The notes under the pieces: generated by a model
Databases searched by the model: none
Told to the model about the DNA's origin: nothing
What the model saw: only the letters and a program-made list of their open reading frames with translations
Assembly (NCBI RefSeq): GCF_039654945.1
Contig: NW_027361783.1
Span: 13,392,001 to 13,456,000, forward strand
DNA length: 64,000 bases
Origin: Dendrobates tinctorius
Lineage: Eukaryota
Direction of reading: 5' to 3'
Position numbers and translations under genes: made by a program
Shown here: positions 50,673-64,000 of the stretch, in pieces
How positions within the stretch are numbered: the stretch's first letter is position 1
Layout of the letters: each line of letters opens with the position of its first letter

Positions 50673-53600
50673 TGTAGAATGCATGTTGCATGCATGTGGT
50701 ATATATGTAGTATGTTTGTATGTTGCATGCATGTAGTATATATGTATGTTGCATGCATGTAGTATATATGTATTATATATGTAGTATGCATGTTGCATGC
50801 ATGTGGTATATATGTAGTATGTATGTAGTATGTATGTTGCATGTAGTATATATGTATTATATATATATGTTGCATGCATGTAGTATATATGTATGTTGCA
50901 TGCATGTAGTATATACTGTGTGTGGTATATATATAGTATGCATGTTGCATGCATGTGGTATATATGTAGTATGTATGTTGCATGTAGCATATATGTATTA
51001 TATATATGTTGCATGCATGTAGTATATGTGTAGTATATATGTATGTTGCATGCATGTAGAATATATGTAGTATATATGTAGTATGCATGTTGCATGCATG
51101 TGGTATATATGTAGTACATATGTAGTATGTATGTTGCATGTAGTATATATGTATTATATATGTTGCATGCATGTAGTATAATGTAGTATATATGTATGTT
51201 GCATGCATGTAGTATATATGTGGTATATATATAGTATGCATGTTGCATGCATGTGGTATATATGTAGTATGTATGTTGCATGCATGTAGTATATATGTAG
51301 TAAGCATGTTGCATGTAGTATATATGTATGTTGCATGCATGTAGTATATATGTTGTATGTATGTTGCATGCATGTAGTATATATGTGGTATATATAGTAT
51401 GTATGTTGCATGCATGTGGTATATATGTAGTATGTATGTTGCATGCATGTAGTATATATGTAGTAAGCATGTTGCATGTAGTATATATGTATGTTGCATG
51501 CATGTAGTATATATGTTGTATGTATGTTGCATGCATGTAGTATATATGTATGTTGCATGCATGTAGTATATATGTAGTATGCATGTTGCATGTAGTACAT
51601 ATGTATGTTGCATTCATGTAGTATATATGTGGTATATATGTAGTATGCATGTTGCATGCATGTGGTATATATGTAGTATGTATGTTGCATGCATGTAGTA
51701 TATATGTAGTATGCATTTTGCTTGTAGTATATATGTATGTTGCATGCATGTAGTATATATGTGGTATGTATGTATGTTGCATGCATGTTGCATGTAATAT
51801 GTATGTTGCATGCATGTAGTATATATGTAGTATATATGTATGTTGCATGCATGTAGTATGCATGTTGCATGTAGTATGTATGTATGTTGCATGCATGTAG
51901 TATGTATGTAGCATGTATGTAGTATGTATGTAGCATGTAGTATGTATGTAGTATGTATTTTTTTTTACATTCAACACATAGGCCGGATGATGGGACTACT
52001 ACTGTCCCATCATTGGCTAATGTGTCAATCACCGTTATGTGGCAGGCATCGCCCGATGGGACTTGTAGTCCCATCGGACGATCCTGCACAGACCCCCGGC
52101 AGTCCACTCAGACCCCCGGACAGTCGGTACAGACCACCGGCAGGCCGGCACAGCCCCCCGGCAGGCCGGTACAGACCCCCGCAGCCTGCACAGACCCCCG
52201 GACAGTCGGTACAGACCACCGGCAGGCTGGTACAGACCCCCGGCAGTCCTCTCAGACCCCCGGACAGTCGGTACAGACCACCGGCAGGCCGGCACAGCCC
52301 CCTGGCAGTCCGCACAGACCCCCGGGCAGTCAGTACAGACCACCGGCAGGCCGGCACAGCCCCCCGGCAGTCCGCACAGACCCTCGGGCAGTCGGTACAG
52401 ACCACCGGCAGGCCGGCACAGCCCCCCGCAGCCTGCACAGACACCAGGGCAGTCGGTACAGACCACCGGCAGGCCAGCACAGCCCCCCGGCAGTCCGCAC
52501 AGACCCTCGGGCAGTCGGTACAGACCACCGGCAGGCCGGTACAGACCCCCGCAGCCTGCACAGACCCCCGGACGGTCGGTATAGACCACCGGCAGGCCGG
52601 CACAGCCTCCCGGCAGGCCGAAACAGACCCCCAGGCAGTCGGCACAGCCCCCCGGTATATGTGGTATATATGTAGTATGCATGTTGCATGCATGTGGTAT
52701 ATATGCAGTATGTATGTATGTTGCATGCATGTAGTATATATGTTGCATGTATGTAGTATGTATGTAGCATGTATTTTTTTTTTTCTTACATTCAACACAT
52801 AGGCCGGATGATGGGACTACTACTGTCCCATCATTGGCTAATGTGTCAATCACCGTCATGATAGCAGGCATCGCCCAATGGGACTTGTAGTCCCATCGGA
52901 CGATCCTGCACAGACCCCCGGCAGTCCGCTTAGACCCCCGGACAGTCGGTACAGACCACCGGCAGGCCGGCACAGCCCCCCGGCAGGCCGGTACAGACCC
53001 CCACAGCCTGCACAGATCCCCGGACAGTCGGTACAGACCACCGGCAGGCCGGCACAGCCCCCCGGCAGGCCGGTACAGACCCCGGGCAGTCCGCTCAGAC
53101 CCCCGGACAGTCGGTACAGACCACCGGCAGGCCGGCACAGCCCCCCGGCAGGCCGGTACAGACCCCCGGCAGTCCGCTCAGACCCCAGGACAGTCGGTAC
53201 AGACCACAGGCAGGCCGGCACATCCCCCCGGCAGGCCGGTACAGACCCCCGGCAGTCCGCTCAGACCCCAGGACAGTCGGTACAGACCACCGGCAGGCCG
53301 GCACAGCCCCCCGGCAGGCCGGTACAGAACCCCGCAGCCTGCACAGACCCCCGGACAGTCAGTACAGACCACCGGCAGGCCGGCACAGCCCCCCCGGCAG
53401 GCCGGTACAGACCCCCAGCAGTCCGCTCAGACCCCAGGACAGTCGGTACAGACCACAGGCAGGCCGGCACATCCCCCCGGCAGGCCGGTACAGACCCCCG
53501 GCAGTCCGCTCAGACCCCCGGACAGTCGGTACAGACCACCGGCAGGCCGGCACAGCCCCCCAGCAGGCCTGTACAGACCCCCGGCAGTCCGCTCAGACCC

Positions 53601-56100
53601 CCGGACAGTCGGAACAGACCACAGGCAGGCCGGCACATCCCCCCGGCAGGCCGGTACAGACCCCCGGCAGTCCGCTCAGACCCCCGGACAGTTGGTACAG
53701 ACCACCAGCAGGCCGGCACAGCCCCACGGCAGGCTGGTACAGACCCCCGGGCAGTCGGCACAGACCCCCAGACAGTCGGCACAGCCCCCCGGTATATGTG
53801 GTATATATGTAGTATGCATGTTGCATGCATGTAGTATATATGTAGTATATATGTAGTATGCATGTTGCATGCATGTAGTATATATGTGGTGTATATGTAG
53901 TATGCATGTTGCATGCATGTGGTATATATGTTGCATGTATGTAGCATGTATGTAGTATGTATGTAGCATGTAGTGTGTATGTAGTATGTGTTGTTTTTTT
54001 TGTTTTTTTACATTCAACACATAGGCCGGATGATGGGACTACTACTGTCCCATCATTGGCTAATGTGTCAATCACCGTCATGGTAGCAGGCATCGCCCGA
54101 TGGGACTTGTAGTCCCATCGGACGATCCTGCACAGACCCCCGGCAGTCCGCTCAGACCCCCGGACAGTCGGTACAGACCACCGGCAGGCCGGCACAGCCC
54201 CCCGGCAGGCCGGTACAGACCCCCGCAGCCTGCACAGACCCCCGGACAGTCGGTACAGACCACCGGCAGGCCGGCACAGCCCCCCGGCAGGCCGGGACAG
54301 ACCCCCGGCAGTCCGCTCAGACCCCCGGACAGTCGGTACAGACCACCGGCAGGCCGGCACAGCCCCCCGGCAGGCCGGTACAGACCCCTGGCAGTCTGCT
54401 CAGACCCCCAGACAGTCGGTACAGACCACCGGCAGGCCGGCACAGCCCCCGGCAGGCTGGTACAGACCCCCGGCTGTCCGCTCAGACCCCCGGACAGTCA
54501 GTACAGACCACCGGCAGGCCGGCACAGCCCCCCGGCAGGCCAGTACAGACCCCCGCAGCCTGCACAGACCCCCGGACAGTCGGTACAGACCACAGGCTGG
54601 CCGGTACAGACCCCCGGCAGTCCGCTCAGACCCCCGAACAGTCGGTACAGACCACCGGCAGGCCAGCACAGCCCCCCGCCAGGCCGGTACAGACCCCTGG
54701 CAGTCTGCTCAGACCCCCAGACAGTCGGTACAGACCACCGGCAGGCCGGCACAGCCCCCGGAAGGCTGGCACAGACCCCCGGCTGTCCGCTCAGACCCCC
54801 GGACAGTCAGTACAGACCACCGGCAGGCCGGCACAGCCCCCCGGCAGGCCAGTACAGACCCCCGCAGCCTGCACAGACCCCCGGACAGTCGGTACAGACC
54901 ACCGGCTGGCCGGTACAGACCCCCGGCAGTCCGCTCAGACCCCCGAACAGTCGGTACAGACCACCGGCAGGCCGGCACAGCCCCCCGGCAGGCCGGTACA
55001 GACCCCTGCACAGACCCCCGGACAGTCGGTACAGACCACCGGCAGGCCGGCACAGCCCCTCGGCAGGCCGGTACAGACCCCCGGCAGTCCGCTCAGACCC
55101 CCGGACAGTCGGTACAGTCCCCCGGCAGGCCGGCACAGCCCCCCGGCAGGCCCGTACAGACCCCCGCAGCCTGCACAAACCCCCGCACAGTCGGTACAGA
55201 CCACCAGCAGGCCGGTACAGACCCCTGGCAGTCCGCACAGACCCCTGGACAGTCGGTACAGACCCCCGGCAGTCTGCACAGACCCCCGGCAGGCCGGCAC
55301 AGACCCCCGGCAGGCCGGTACAGACCCCCGGCAGTCCGCTCAGACCCCCGGCAGGCCGGCACAGACCCCCGGCAGGCCGGCACAGACCCCCGGACAGTCG
55401 GCACAGCCCCCCGGTATATGTGGTATATGTGTAGTATGCATGTAGTATATATGTAGTATGCATGTTGCATGCATGTGGCATATATGTTGCATGTATGTAT
55501 GTAGCATGTAGTATGTATGTAGTATGTATGTAGCATGTATGTAGCATGTATGTAGTATGTATGTAGCATGTAGTATGTAGTATATATGTTGCATGTATGT
55601 AGCATGTATGTAGTATGTATGTAGCATGTAGTATGTATGTAGTATGTAGTATGTATGTAGCATGTATGTAGTTTGTATTTTTTTTTTGTACATTCAACAC
55701 ATTAGCCGGATGATGGGACTACTACTGTCCCATCATTGGCTAATGTGTCAATCACCGTCATGATAGCAGGCATCGCCCGATGGGACTTGTAGTCCCATCG
55801 GACGATCCTGCACAGACCCCCGCAGTCTGCTCAGACCCCCGGACTGTCGGTACAGACCACCGGCAGGCCAGCACAGCCCCCCGCAGCCTGCACAGACACC
55901 CGGGCAGTCGGTACAGACCACCCGCAGGCCAGCACAGCCCCCCGACAGTCCGCACAGACACCCGGGCAGTCGGTACAGACCACCGGCAGGCCGGCACAGC
56001 CCCCCGCAGCCTGCACAGACACCCGGGCAGTCGGTGCAGACCACCGGCAGGCCGGTACAGACCCCCGGCAGTCCGCACAGACACCCGGGCAGTCGGCACA
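50673..56100 (-). repeat. Right arm: inverted copy of the composite repeat, 4 modules
   Basis: Reverse-complement modules at ~51957, 52775, 53993 and 55677. Confidence 0.92.
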
Positions 56101-56347
56101 GACCTCCGGAAGGTCCGTACACCCCCCGAGAGGCTGTACAAGGAGAGAAAAGGGTTTTTCTTATTCCGATACCGGAAGTCCCATAGACTTGAATGGGACT
56201 TCCGGTATCAGAATCGGCGATACCCGATACTTTTTTCGTATCGGGCCGATACCATCCGATCCGATATTTTAGGGTATCGGATGGTATCGCTCAACACTAG
56301 TGTCAATACAAACTCCAATAGCTCCAGTAGGAACTCAAACCAGTGAC

Positions 56348-57226
56348 TGTTATGAATGGGTCCCCGAGGAGGATGGCAGGAACAGGCTAAGCCACCAGAA
56401 AACCAGAGAGGTTGGTAACTAAGCAGATCACAGACCCCTGATCCTATCCACACAACTAGCAGTAGCCGTGGAGCGTACCTACGATGCCCTAGACGCCTCG
56501 GCACAGCCGGAGAGCTAACTAAGCCTAAAGCAAGAAAGATGAAATCTAAACTGCCCCGGAGAAGACCCCAAAGGAATAGATAGCCCCCAAACATATATTG
56601 TCGGTAAGACAAGATGAAACACAAATGCAGGCAGAAAAATAGACTGAGCAAATGATGGGGCCCAAACTGACTAGACAGAATAGGAAAGGAAAGACACTGT
56701 CTGCAATCACGCAAAAAACCCTGCAAAATCCAACACATCTGATGTACAAAAAACACTGAAGTCACACGACTTCGCCCCCACTATATCAGCACTCCGGTAT
56801 TAACTGGAAGCAAAGCAAAAGAGATCAATATAACAGGGGACTGAACAAACTGACACAAGCAGTAACATATGGAGCAGTGGTCCAGCACAGCCCCCAGCAG
56901 GAGCAAGCTGAACCCGCACAACAAGCAGAGATAGACAAAACCAGATCAGATGCAAAGGATTAGCCAATGAATCACTTAGCTGGAAAATGCAGGAACAGGG
57001 CAGGAGACATCACACCTCTGAATGCACAGGAAAGCAATCACCAGCAGGGATTGCAGGAAGTCTGCAGACTTAATTACTCCAATCCATAACCCCAGATCTC
57101 CAATCGTCATCATCATCACCAAGTGGCAGACCTCTGTCAATCTGGCCAGCTCCACTACCTCCAGTAACCACCAGAGAGAGCAGGGGGAGCTTCAGCTCAG
57201 AAGTCTGAGCCAGGGAATTCACAACA
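56348..57226. mobile_element. Solo LTR, same family as 28614-29503
   Basis: tgttatga...tcacaaca ends; flanks agtgac/agtggc; interrupts the PLE RT. Confidence 0.85.
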
Positions 57227-57500
57227 AGTGGCCATCCCGGCTAGTCATCTTGAGATAAAAAAAATGAATCGCAGTAAGGCCATCAACATGACCTATTGAC
57301 ATGTAGAGAGATTCAATGTCAATGGCCACAAGGACCATGTCATCCTCCAAGTGAATCCCATTGATCTTATTAACTAGATTGACGTATCCCTGACATAGGA
57401 GGGCAAAAGTTTCAGCAATTGATTTTAGATAGAAATCAATAAATTTGCATGTCATATCACAAAGCCCTCTTATGCCAGAAACAATGAGCCCAACAAACAG
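57227..57500 (-). pseudogene. Upstream part of the same PLE RT (continues via 56300-56347 to 42493)
   Basis: IVSGIRGLC...FIDFYL and LVAIDIESLYMSI, followed by FLLELLEFVL. Confidence 0.85.
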
Positions 57501-57911
57501 GATCTCCATGCATGCGTTGTGACTGTCACACAGCAATGAAAAATGCAGCTGCGGTGTTGAACAGATGATTATTGGGAGCGTTACAGGTATCCAGGTTGCC
57601 GATGCAGCTATTCAGTAAGCGCTATAGCTTTTTGGAAAAGAACTTATCCGAAGCTATTTGCTCATCCCTAGTAGTAACATTATAATAAGGAAACAATACA
57701 TTAGGTGTAAGATGTCAGAGTCAAATGTCAAACTCAGATGTCAGAGTCAGATATCAGTCATATGTTAAAGTCACATATCAAAGTCAGATGTCAAAGTCAT
57801 ATTTCAGATTCAGATTTCAAAGTCAGATGTTAATGTCAGTTCTCAGACAGGGTATTTAGCCTCACACTGACATTATTCTGATGTTTGACTTTGATTATGT
57901 TTTTTAATTGG

Positions 57912-58660
57912 TGTGAGACAGTGACTGGCTTTATTGTGAATGGCTGGTATGTGTCCCAGAGGCAGAGGTCCTCTGCCCTGTAAGCCTGGAATATTGCTCT
58001 GGGACCTGTTGTTCCATGAGCCTTGTTTAGTTCATAAGGGATGGGGCTTGCAGGGCTAGCCGGAGAGCTGGGCGGGTCTGACTAACCACACACTTCCCAT
58101 CAATGGGTGTGTTTCATAGGATATAATGAGGCTGTTTTTTGGTCACATGGCCTTTGTGTTGGAAGATCCTGCAAGAGGACAGGTTTCCTGAAAAGCACAT
58201 CGTGGAGATCATGTACCTTCAGAGTCTGTGACGGCTACTGCATTGAGAAAGCTTTCGTCTTTCTGAGGGTCTGCAACTGACGGATGTGAGTTTGTCATGC
58301 AAGACATAGTACGGGTCAGTGGTCCCAGTAAGGCAGCTTCCCTGTGTGCCAGGACTGAAAGAAGTCAGAGTGTGAGCCCCTGGAAGGTAACCTCGGACAA
58401 GGGGGTTGTAGTAAACTCAGACAAGTGTATCTACTATTGGAACAGACTAGTGGTCATCATTACTATTTCACTTATACGAAGATCACAAAGCCTTCTTTCA
58501 CCTTTTTTTCTGGATTTTGTGCCACCATTGTGGAGCAATTTTAATATATTTTCATACATTTTTCTATTAAATAGTACAGCATTGTTTAATTGCATTAAGA
58601 CCTGCATATCATATATATTTTTTTAACATTGAAGTATGCTCCTGTGTCTGTGGTCACACA
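57912..58660 (+). mobile_element. Possible decayed solo LTR
   Basis: tgtgagac...gtcacaca ends and an internal TATA-like site; no TSD found. Confidence 0.3.
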
Positions 58661-58899
58661 TTTCCAATGCCACAGTCAGATAACCTGTATCCATTGTACA
58701 TTGTTAGGAGAACAATTCTGATCATTCTGCAAGTAAACCTGTAAGTAATAGTAAACTAGGAGTGGTTTTCTCATACTACTCTACACATTAGACCTGGTCA
58801 CACATCCATCTTTCAGGTACATGTGACACCCATTATAATATATGGGGCTTCGTGCATGTGTGTGTGACCCACAAGTAGACATGTCCATTTTTATTCCAG

Positions 58900-59350
58900 C
58901 AGTACGAATGACAACACGTACTGCACAGGTGCACATGGATGAAATGTGTGACACACATACGTGTGCCCATCTATGTGACACTTACTGGATGAGAACGCAG
59001 AATAGAAATTAAAGATTTTTATGTGTTAAAGATGTGCAAAGATAGATATAGTTAGAAATGGAGTTAATAGTTGATAAATAGATAGAAAATACTCTAGGTA
59101 GATAATGAGATACTCAAGAGAGATATAATTAGTGCCTTGCGTATCTACATGTACAGTACACTACACACGCAAGGCACTAATTGCATATCTCACGTATATC
59201 TATTTTTCTAATATCAATCTATATATTTAGCACCCAAAAATCTGTCATTTCCATTCTGCACTCTATCCTATTAGGTGCCACACGGATGGCACATGGATGG
59301 TAAACGCATACACACTGACAGTACTTGGATGGTGCACAAGTACATATGGA
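58900..59350. mobile_element. Decayed palindromic MITE-like element
   Basis: aattagtgccttgcgt / acgcaaggcactaatt around ~59150, plus outer inverted matches. Confidence 0.55.
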
Positions 59351-60574
59351 CAGAAAACCACATGAGTAGTAAAAAACAACAATCTCACATGTATTTTTTT
59401 TAAGTGGAAACGGGAAGGGGGCCTTAGGTAGACGATCTTCAGGGGATTCCATATAACACCTGAGGATGTAACAAGAAATAACTTATGTATCAGCAATATT
59501 TAGATATCAGATTACTTTTTTTTGATTATTCAGTTTAAAATAAATATATGTGCCATGTGGTTTCGCAGAAATATTATCTTGAATTATGGGACTCTATAAA
59601 ATACTTTAATGCTCAGCTGCCTGGTAAAATGTCTCATGGATCTTCTCAATTCCATTTGATGTCCTTGGCTGGAGCAACTGATCCAAGTTAGGCTGTACGG
59701 CATATAAAAGTTCTAAAAAGCCTATTGACAATTAATTTAAATTTTGTACTCCAAATTTTACGCTTCTCTAAGTGCAATTATGGTACACAGTAACAAGAAA
59801 CTATTAAATTATAAAAGAAATAGTATATACACATTATTAATAGCGTTTTCTTACTTTTTTATCCTAAATGTATATAAGAAATAAAACATATAATCTCCTA
59901 CTTCACTTTATTTAGGGGAATATGATGGTACAATTAGTTTTCAGAATGCATTTGAAAAACTGTACAGAAAAACAATATGCGAATATTCTGCATTGCTGAA
60001 GGGAAAAAAACTACATGATATTTTAGGAAAAGCTGCTAATTAGAAACGAGAATATAGTGTGAAATTTTCTTTGACCAATTTGCAGAATCGTCAATTATAT
60101 TTGCTGTAGCAAATTTCCATATTATCAAGCACATTATGACACTTGATGCAATGAGATATACCTATGTGTCTTCCTCTTCTGTTTTTTTTTTTTGCTGAAA
60201 TGAAGTTGAACGTAAAAAAAGAATATAATTCATTCTGCTTAAAAGATATTAAATTGTGCTTTAGAATTTAAACTACTAATAAAAAATGTACTCAATAAGG
60301 CGGGAGTCACACTAGCGATTTTAAAATTGGTACGATTTTGATGCAGGAGAGTTGGACGAATGTAATGCAAGTGTCATGTGAGTGTCATGCGTTTTTTTAC
60401 GTGAGTGTCATCTGATTTTTCACCCCTAGCATCTGATTTACTGTACATCTGAATGCAGTGTGATTGCTATCCAATTGCAATGCGATTTTAACATGAACTT
60501 TTACATAGAGAACTTCTCTAAGTCATTTGCACATCATTTTCAAGGGAAATATTCTTCAACACATTATATATATA

Positions 60575-62177
60575 CAGTGGGGAAAAAAAGTATTTAGTCA
60601 GTCAGCAATAGTGCAAGTTCCACCACTTAAAAAGATGAGAGGCGTCTGTAATTTACATCATAGGTAGACCTCAACTATGGGAGACAAACTGAGAAAAAAA
60701 AATCCAGAAAATCACATTGTCTGTTTTTTTTTTCATTTTATTTGCATATTATGGTGGAAAATAAGTATTTGGTCAGAAACAAAATTTCATCTCAATACTT
60801 TGTGATATATCCTTTGTTGGCAATGACAGAGGTCAAACGTTTTCTGTAAGTCTTCACAAGGTTGCCACACACTGTTGTTGGTATGTTGGCCCATTCCTCC
60901 ATGCAGATCTCCTCTAGAGCAGTGATGTTTTTGGCTTTTCGCTTGGCAACACGGACTTTCAACTCCCTCCAAAGGTTTTCTATAGGGTTGAGATCTGAAG
61001 ACTGGCTAGGCCACTCCAGGACCTTGAAATGCTTCTTACGAAGCCACTCCTTCGTTGCCCTGGCGGTGTGCTTTGGATCATTGTCATGTTGAAAGACCCA
61101 GCCACGTTTCATCTTCAATGCCCTTGCTGATGGAAGGAGGTTTGCACTCAAAATCTCACGATTAATGGCCCCATTCATTCTTTCATGTACCCGGATCAGT
61201 CGTCCTGGCCCCTTTGCAGAGAAACAGCCCCAAAGCATGATGTTTCCACCACCATGCTTTACAGTAGGTATGGTGTTTGATGGATGCAACTCAGTATTCT
61301 TTTTCCTCCAAACACGACAAGTTGTGTTTCTACCAAACAGTTCCAGTTTGGTTTCATCAGACCATAGGACATTCTCCCAAAACTCCTCTGGATCATCCAA
61401 ATGCTCTCTAGCAAACTTCAGACGGGCCCGGACATGTACAGGCTTAAGCAGTGGGACACGTCTGGCACTGCAGGATCTGAGTCCATGGTGGCGTAGTGTG
61501 TTACTTATGGTAGGCCTTGTTACATTGGTCCCAGCTCTCTGCAGTTCATTCACTAGGTCCCCCCGCGTGGTTCTGGGATTTTTGCTCACCGTTCTTGTGA
61601 TCATTCTGACCCCACAGGGTGGGATTTTGCGTGGAGCACCAGATCGAGGGAGATTATCAGTGGTCTTGTATGTCTTCCATTTTCTAATTATTGCTCCCAC
61701 AGTTGATTTCTTCACTCCAAGCTGGTTGGCTATTGCAGATTCAGTCTTCCCAGCCTGGTGCAGGGCTACAATTTTGTTTCTGGTGTCCTTTGACAGCTCT
61801 TCGGTCTTCACCATAGTGGAGTTTGGAGTCAGACTGTTTGAGGGTGTGCACAGGTGTCTTTTTATACTGATAACAAGTTTAAACAGGTGCCATTACTACA
61901 GGTAATGAGTGGAGGAAAGAGGAGACTCTTAAAGAAGAAGTTACAGGTCTGTGAGAGCCAGAAATCTTGATTGCTTGTTTCTGACCAAATACTTATTTTC
62001 CACCATAATATGCAAATAAAATGAAAAAAAAACAGACAATGTGATTTTCTGGATTTTTTTTTCTCAGTTTGTCTCCCATAGTTGAGGTCTACCTATGATG
62101 TAAATTACAGATGCCTCTCATCTTTTTAAGTGGTGGAACTTGCACTATTGCTGACTGACTAAATACTTTTTTCCCCA

Positions 62178-62180
<3 letters not shown>
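60575..62180 (-). mobile_element. Intact-looking Tc1 transposon with ~205-bp TIRs
   Basis: cagtggggaaaaaaagtatttagtcag...ttccccactg, flanked by TA runs; TIRs are almost identical. Confidence 0.98.
60792..61814 (-). CDS. Tc1 DD34E transposase, 340 aa, uninterrupted
   Basis: Paired-like [23 protein letters not shown] and DLNPIENLW. Confidence 0.96.
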   Translation of the reverse strand: MVKTEELSKDTRNKIVALHQAGKTESAIANQLGVKKSTVGAIIRKWKTYKTTDNLPRSGAPRKIPPCGVRMITRTVSKNPRTTRGDLVNELQRAGTNVTRPTISNTLRHHGLRSCSARRVPLLKPVHVRARLKFAREHLDDPEEFWENVLWSDETKLELFGRNTTCRVWRKKNTELHPSNTIPTVKHGGGNIMLWGCFSAKGPGRLIRVHERMNGAINREILSANLLPSARALKMKRGWVFQHDNDPKHTARATKEWLRKKHFKVLEWPSQSSDLNPIENLWRELKVRVAKRKAKNITALEEICMEEWANIPTTVCGNLVKTYRKRLTSVIANKGYITKY

Positions 62181-62210
<30 letters not shown>

Positions 62211-62215
<5 letters not shown>

Positions 62216-63938
62216 GTGTTCAAAAGTCCTGCATAGGATAAATTGATTTTTCAAGTTTTAAAGGTTTTCTGTCGAATATCTTCGATGCTAATATGACATA
62301 TTATATATGGTTTTGTTCAGAATACAATTTTGCATTCTCTCCCTGTAATATTTTTAGCTTTTGAAGCAGTTTTGCCTGAAATTATTGCAACAATATGGGA
62401 ACTGAAAGCACAACTAAATATTGTACAGCTTCAGATCCAAAATTAGCCAATCACAGATGAGGTTCTTGTGACCAATCATAACCTTGATATGGCAGCCAAT
62501 TACATTGCATCACATCTGCTGCTTTGTTTGTTTTATCTGTTGGTCTATCTAGTGAATCATACTGTAGAGTTTTATGATGGGAGCCTTCAGATTTTTGTCA
62601 GCGGAGGATCGTGTGCGAGTTGTGGTGCTACATGAAGAGGGTTATACTGGCCCCCAGATCGCAAGGAAGGTCGGCTGTAATCAGAGTACAGTCGTAAGAA
62701 TTTTGCAGAAACATAAGCAACTTGGTATTACCCAGGACAGGCCCACATCTGGTCGGCCCAGAAAGTCAACTAAAAGGGAGGATAGAGTACTGATAAGAAC
62801 ATCCCTTGCCAATCGAAAGCTCACCTCTCCTCTGCTTCTGCGAGAATGGCAAGAAAAGTGCAATATTGAGGTAGCAACATCAACTGTTAGGAAGAGATGT
62901 TTGGAAGCAGGATTGAGAGGGTGCAAGGCCCAAAAGAAGTCATTGATGACAGCCACACAAAGACAAAGGCGAAAACTGTGGGCATTGAAATATTTAAAAT
63001 GGAGGAAGGAGGAGTGGGAAAAAGTGCTATTTAGTGATGAAAGCACTTTTTGCATTTTAGGAAATGTGAGAAGGTTCCCAAATGAAGAGTACAAGCCAGA
63101 GTGTTTGAGCTTCTCTGTGAAACATCTGATGAAAGTAATGGTCTGGGGCTGTATGGCAGCCAATGGTGTTGGAAGGCTTCATATTGTGGAGGGTATGGTT
63201 AATGCAAAAAAATATATAGACATCCTTAATAAGAAAATGCTGCCTTCTGCTCAACACCTGTTTTCAGGGGATTATATCTTCCAGGATGATAATGCTCCTT
63301 GTCACAGAGCTAAGACAGTAACGGAATGGAAAAAAAAAGAACAAGGTGGCTACTATTGACTGGCCAGCTCAGTCCCCGGACCTCAATCCAATTGAAAATT
63401 TGTGGCACAAGGTATCATTAGAGATATCTAGAAAACAGCCAAGGACCAAGAGTGAGTTGATTGAGGCTCTGATACAGGCCTGGAACCACATCATCACTCG
63501 TGAACATCTGCAGAAGCTTGTTCACTCAATGCCACAGAGATGCAAGCTGGTGCTCAAGAGCAAAGGCTGGCCAATAAAGTATTAGAAGCTAAAGATGCAC
63601 TCAAAAGGCCCTTTTCAGGACTCTGAATGAAATAGAAAATAATAAATCTTAAAAAGTAAAATTTAAGTCTGTGTGAACTTGCATTGGAAGTTAGTGAACT
63701 TAGAAACCTGTTCACCATTCTACACACTGTACTGGTGTAGGTATGGTTATGCTGTAAAAAAAATTATCAAAAATGCGTACACCATAACAATTTATACACT
63801 TGGGACATTAAAAAATGAGTATGGCATACAATGAGGGATTACAAAAACATATATGTTCCACCAGTTTCACTGTAGAGATGCAGAAGTATGAAACATATAG
63901 TTTTCTTCATGCCTATGCAGGACTTTTGAACAACACTG
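62211..63938 (+). mobile_element. Tc1 transposon with short TIRs
   Basis: tgttcaaaagtcctgcatagg / cctatgcaggacttttgaaca; TA flanks. Confidence 0.93.
62574..63585 (+). pseudogene. Tc1 transposase, frameshifted in an A run (~63330)
   Basis: GRPRK, FSDES and FQDDNAPCH in one frame; [11 protein letters not shown] in another. Confidence 0.9.
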
Positions 63939-63969
63939 TATATATATATAGTGTGGTGTAGTGACCACT

Positions 63970-63989
63970 GTGTCCGCTAGGGGGCGCTG
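63970..63989 (+). promoter_or_regulatory. CTCF-like motif
   Basis: ccgctagggggcgc matches the CCNCNAGGGGGCGC core; motif match only. Confidence 0.4.
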
Positions 63990-64000
63990 TGTGGATGTCC

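Noticed and set aside
59450-60290. Possible host exon in AT-rich non-repetitive sequence
   Set aside because: No ORF or recognisable motif; a small exon cannot be excluded without transcript data.
61165-61905. 246-aa plus-strand ORF
   Set aside because: Antisense shadow of the Tc1 transposase.

Overview
Eukaryotic, repeat-saturated window with no recognisable host protein-coding gene. The mix of element families suggests a frog genome (inference). Almost everything resolves into two nests of transposable elements. Nest 1 (11.3-30.4 kb): a decayed hAT transposase split by a full-length CR1 LINE, which is itself split by a 7.4-kb PIF/Harbinger; the hAT remnant abuts a truncated Gypsy element carrying a solo LTR. 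Nest 2 (33-57.5 kb): a Penelope-like element (PLE) split by a full-length L1, a MITE, a solo LTR and a 13.8-kb hAT-ended palindromic 'foldback' element, which in turn holds a Tc1 and a PLE terminus with an intact hammerhead ribozyme. The rest is a 199-bp satellite inside another hAT-ended element, a GIY-YIG PLE fragment, several MITEs and three more Tc1 copies (one intact). Most notable: (i) the Harbinger carries three genes, including a phase-consistent 5-exon second Myb/SANT-like gene not visible in the ORF track, and the same 146-bp repeat lies upstream of both the MADF and transposase start codons; (ii) a giant satellite-built hAT foldback shares its end with a different satellite-carrying element; (iii) hammerhead ribozyme motifs; (iv) a self-priming signature in the Gypsy LTR. 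All calls are by eye and no database searches were run.
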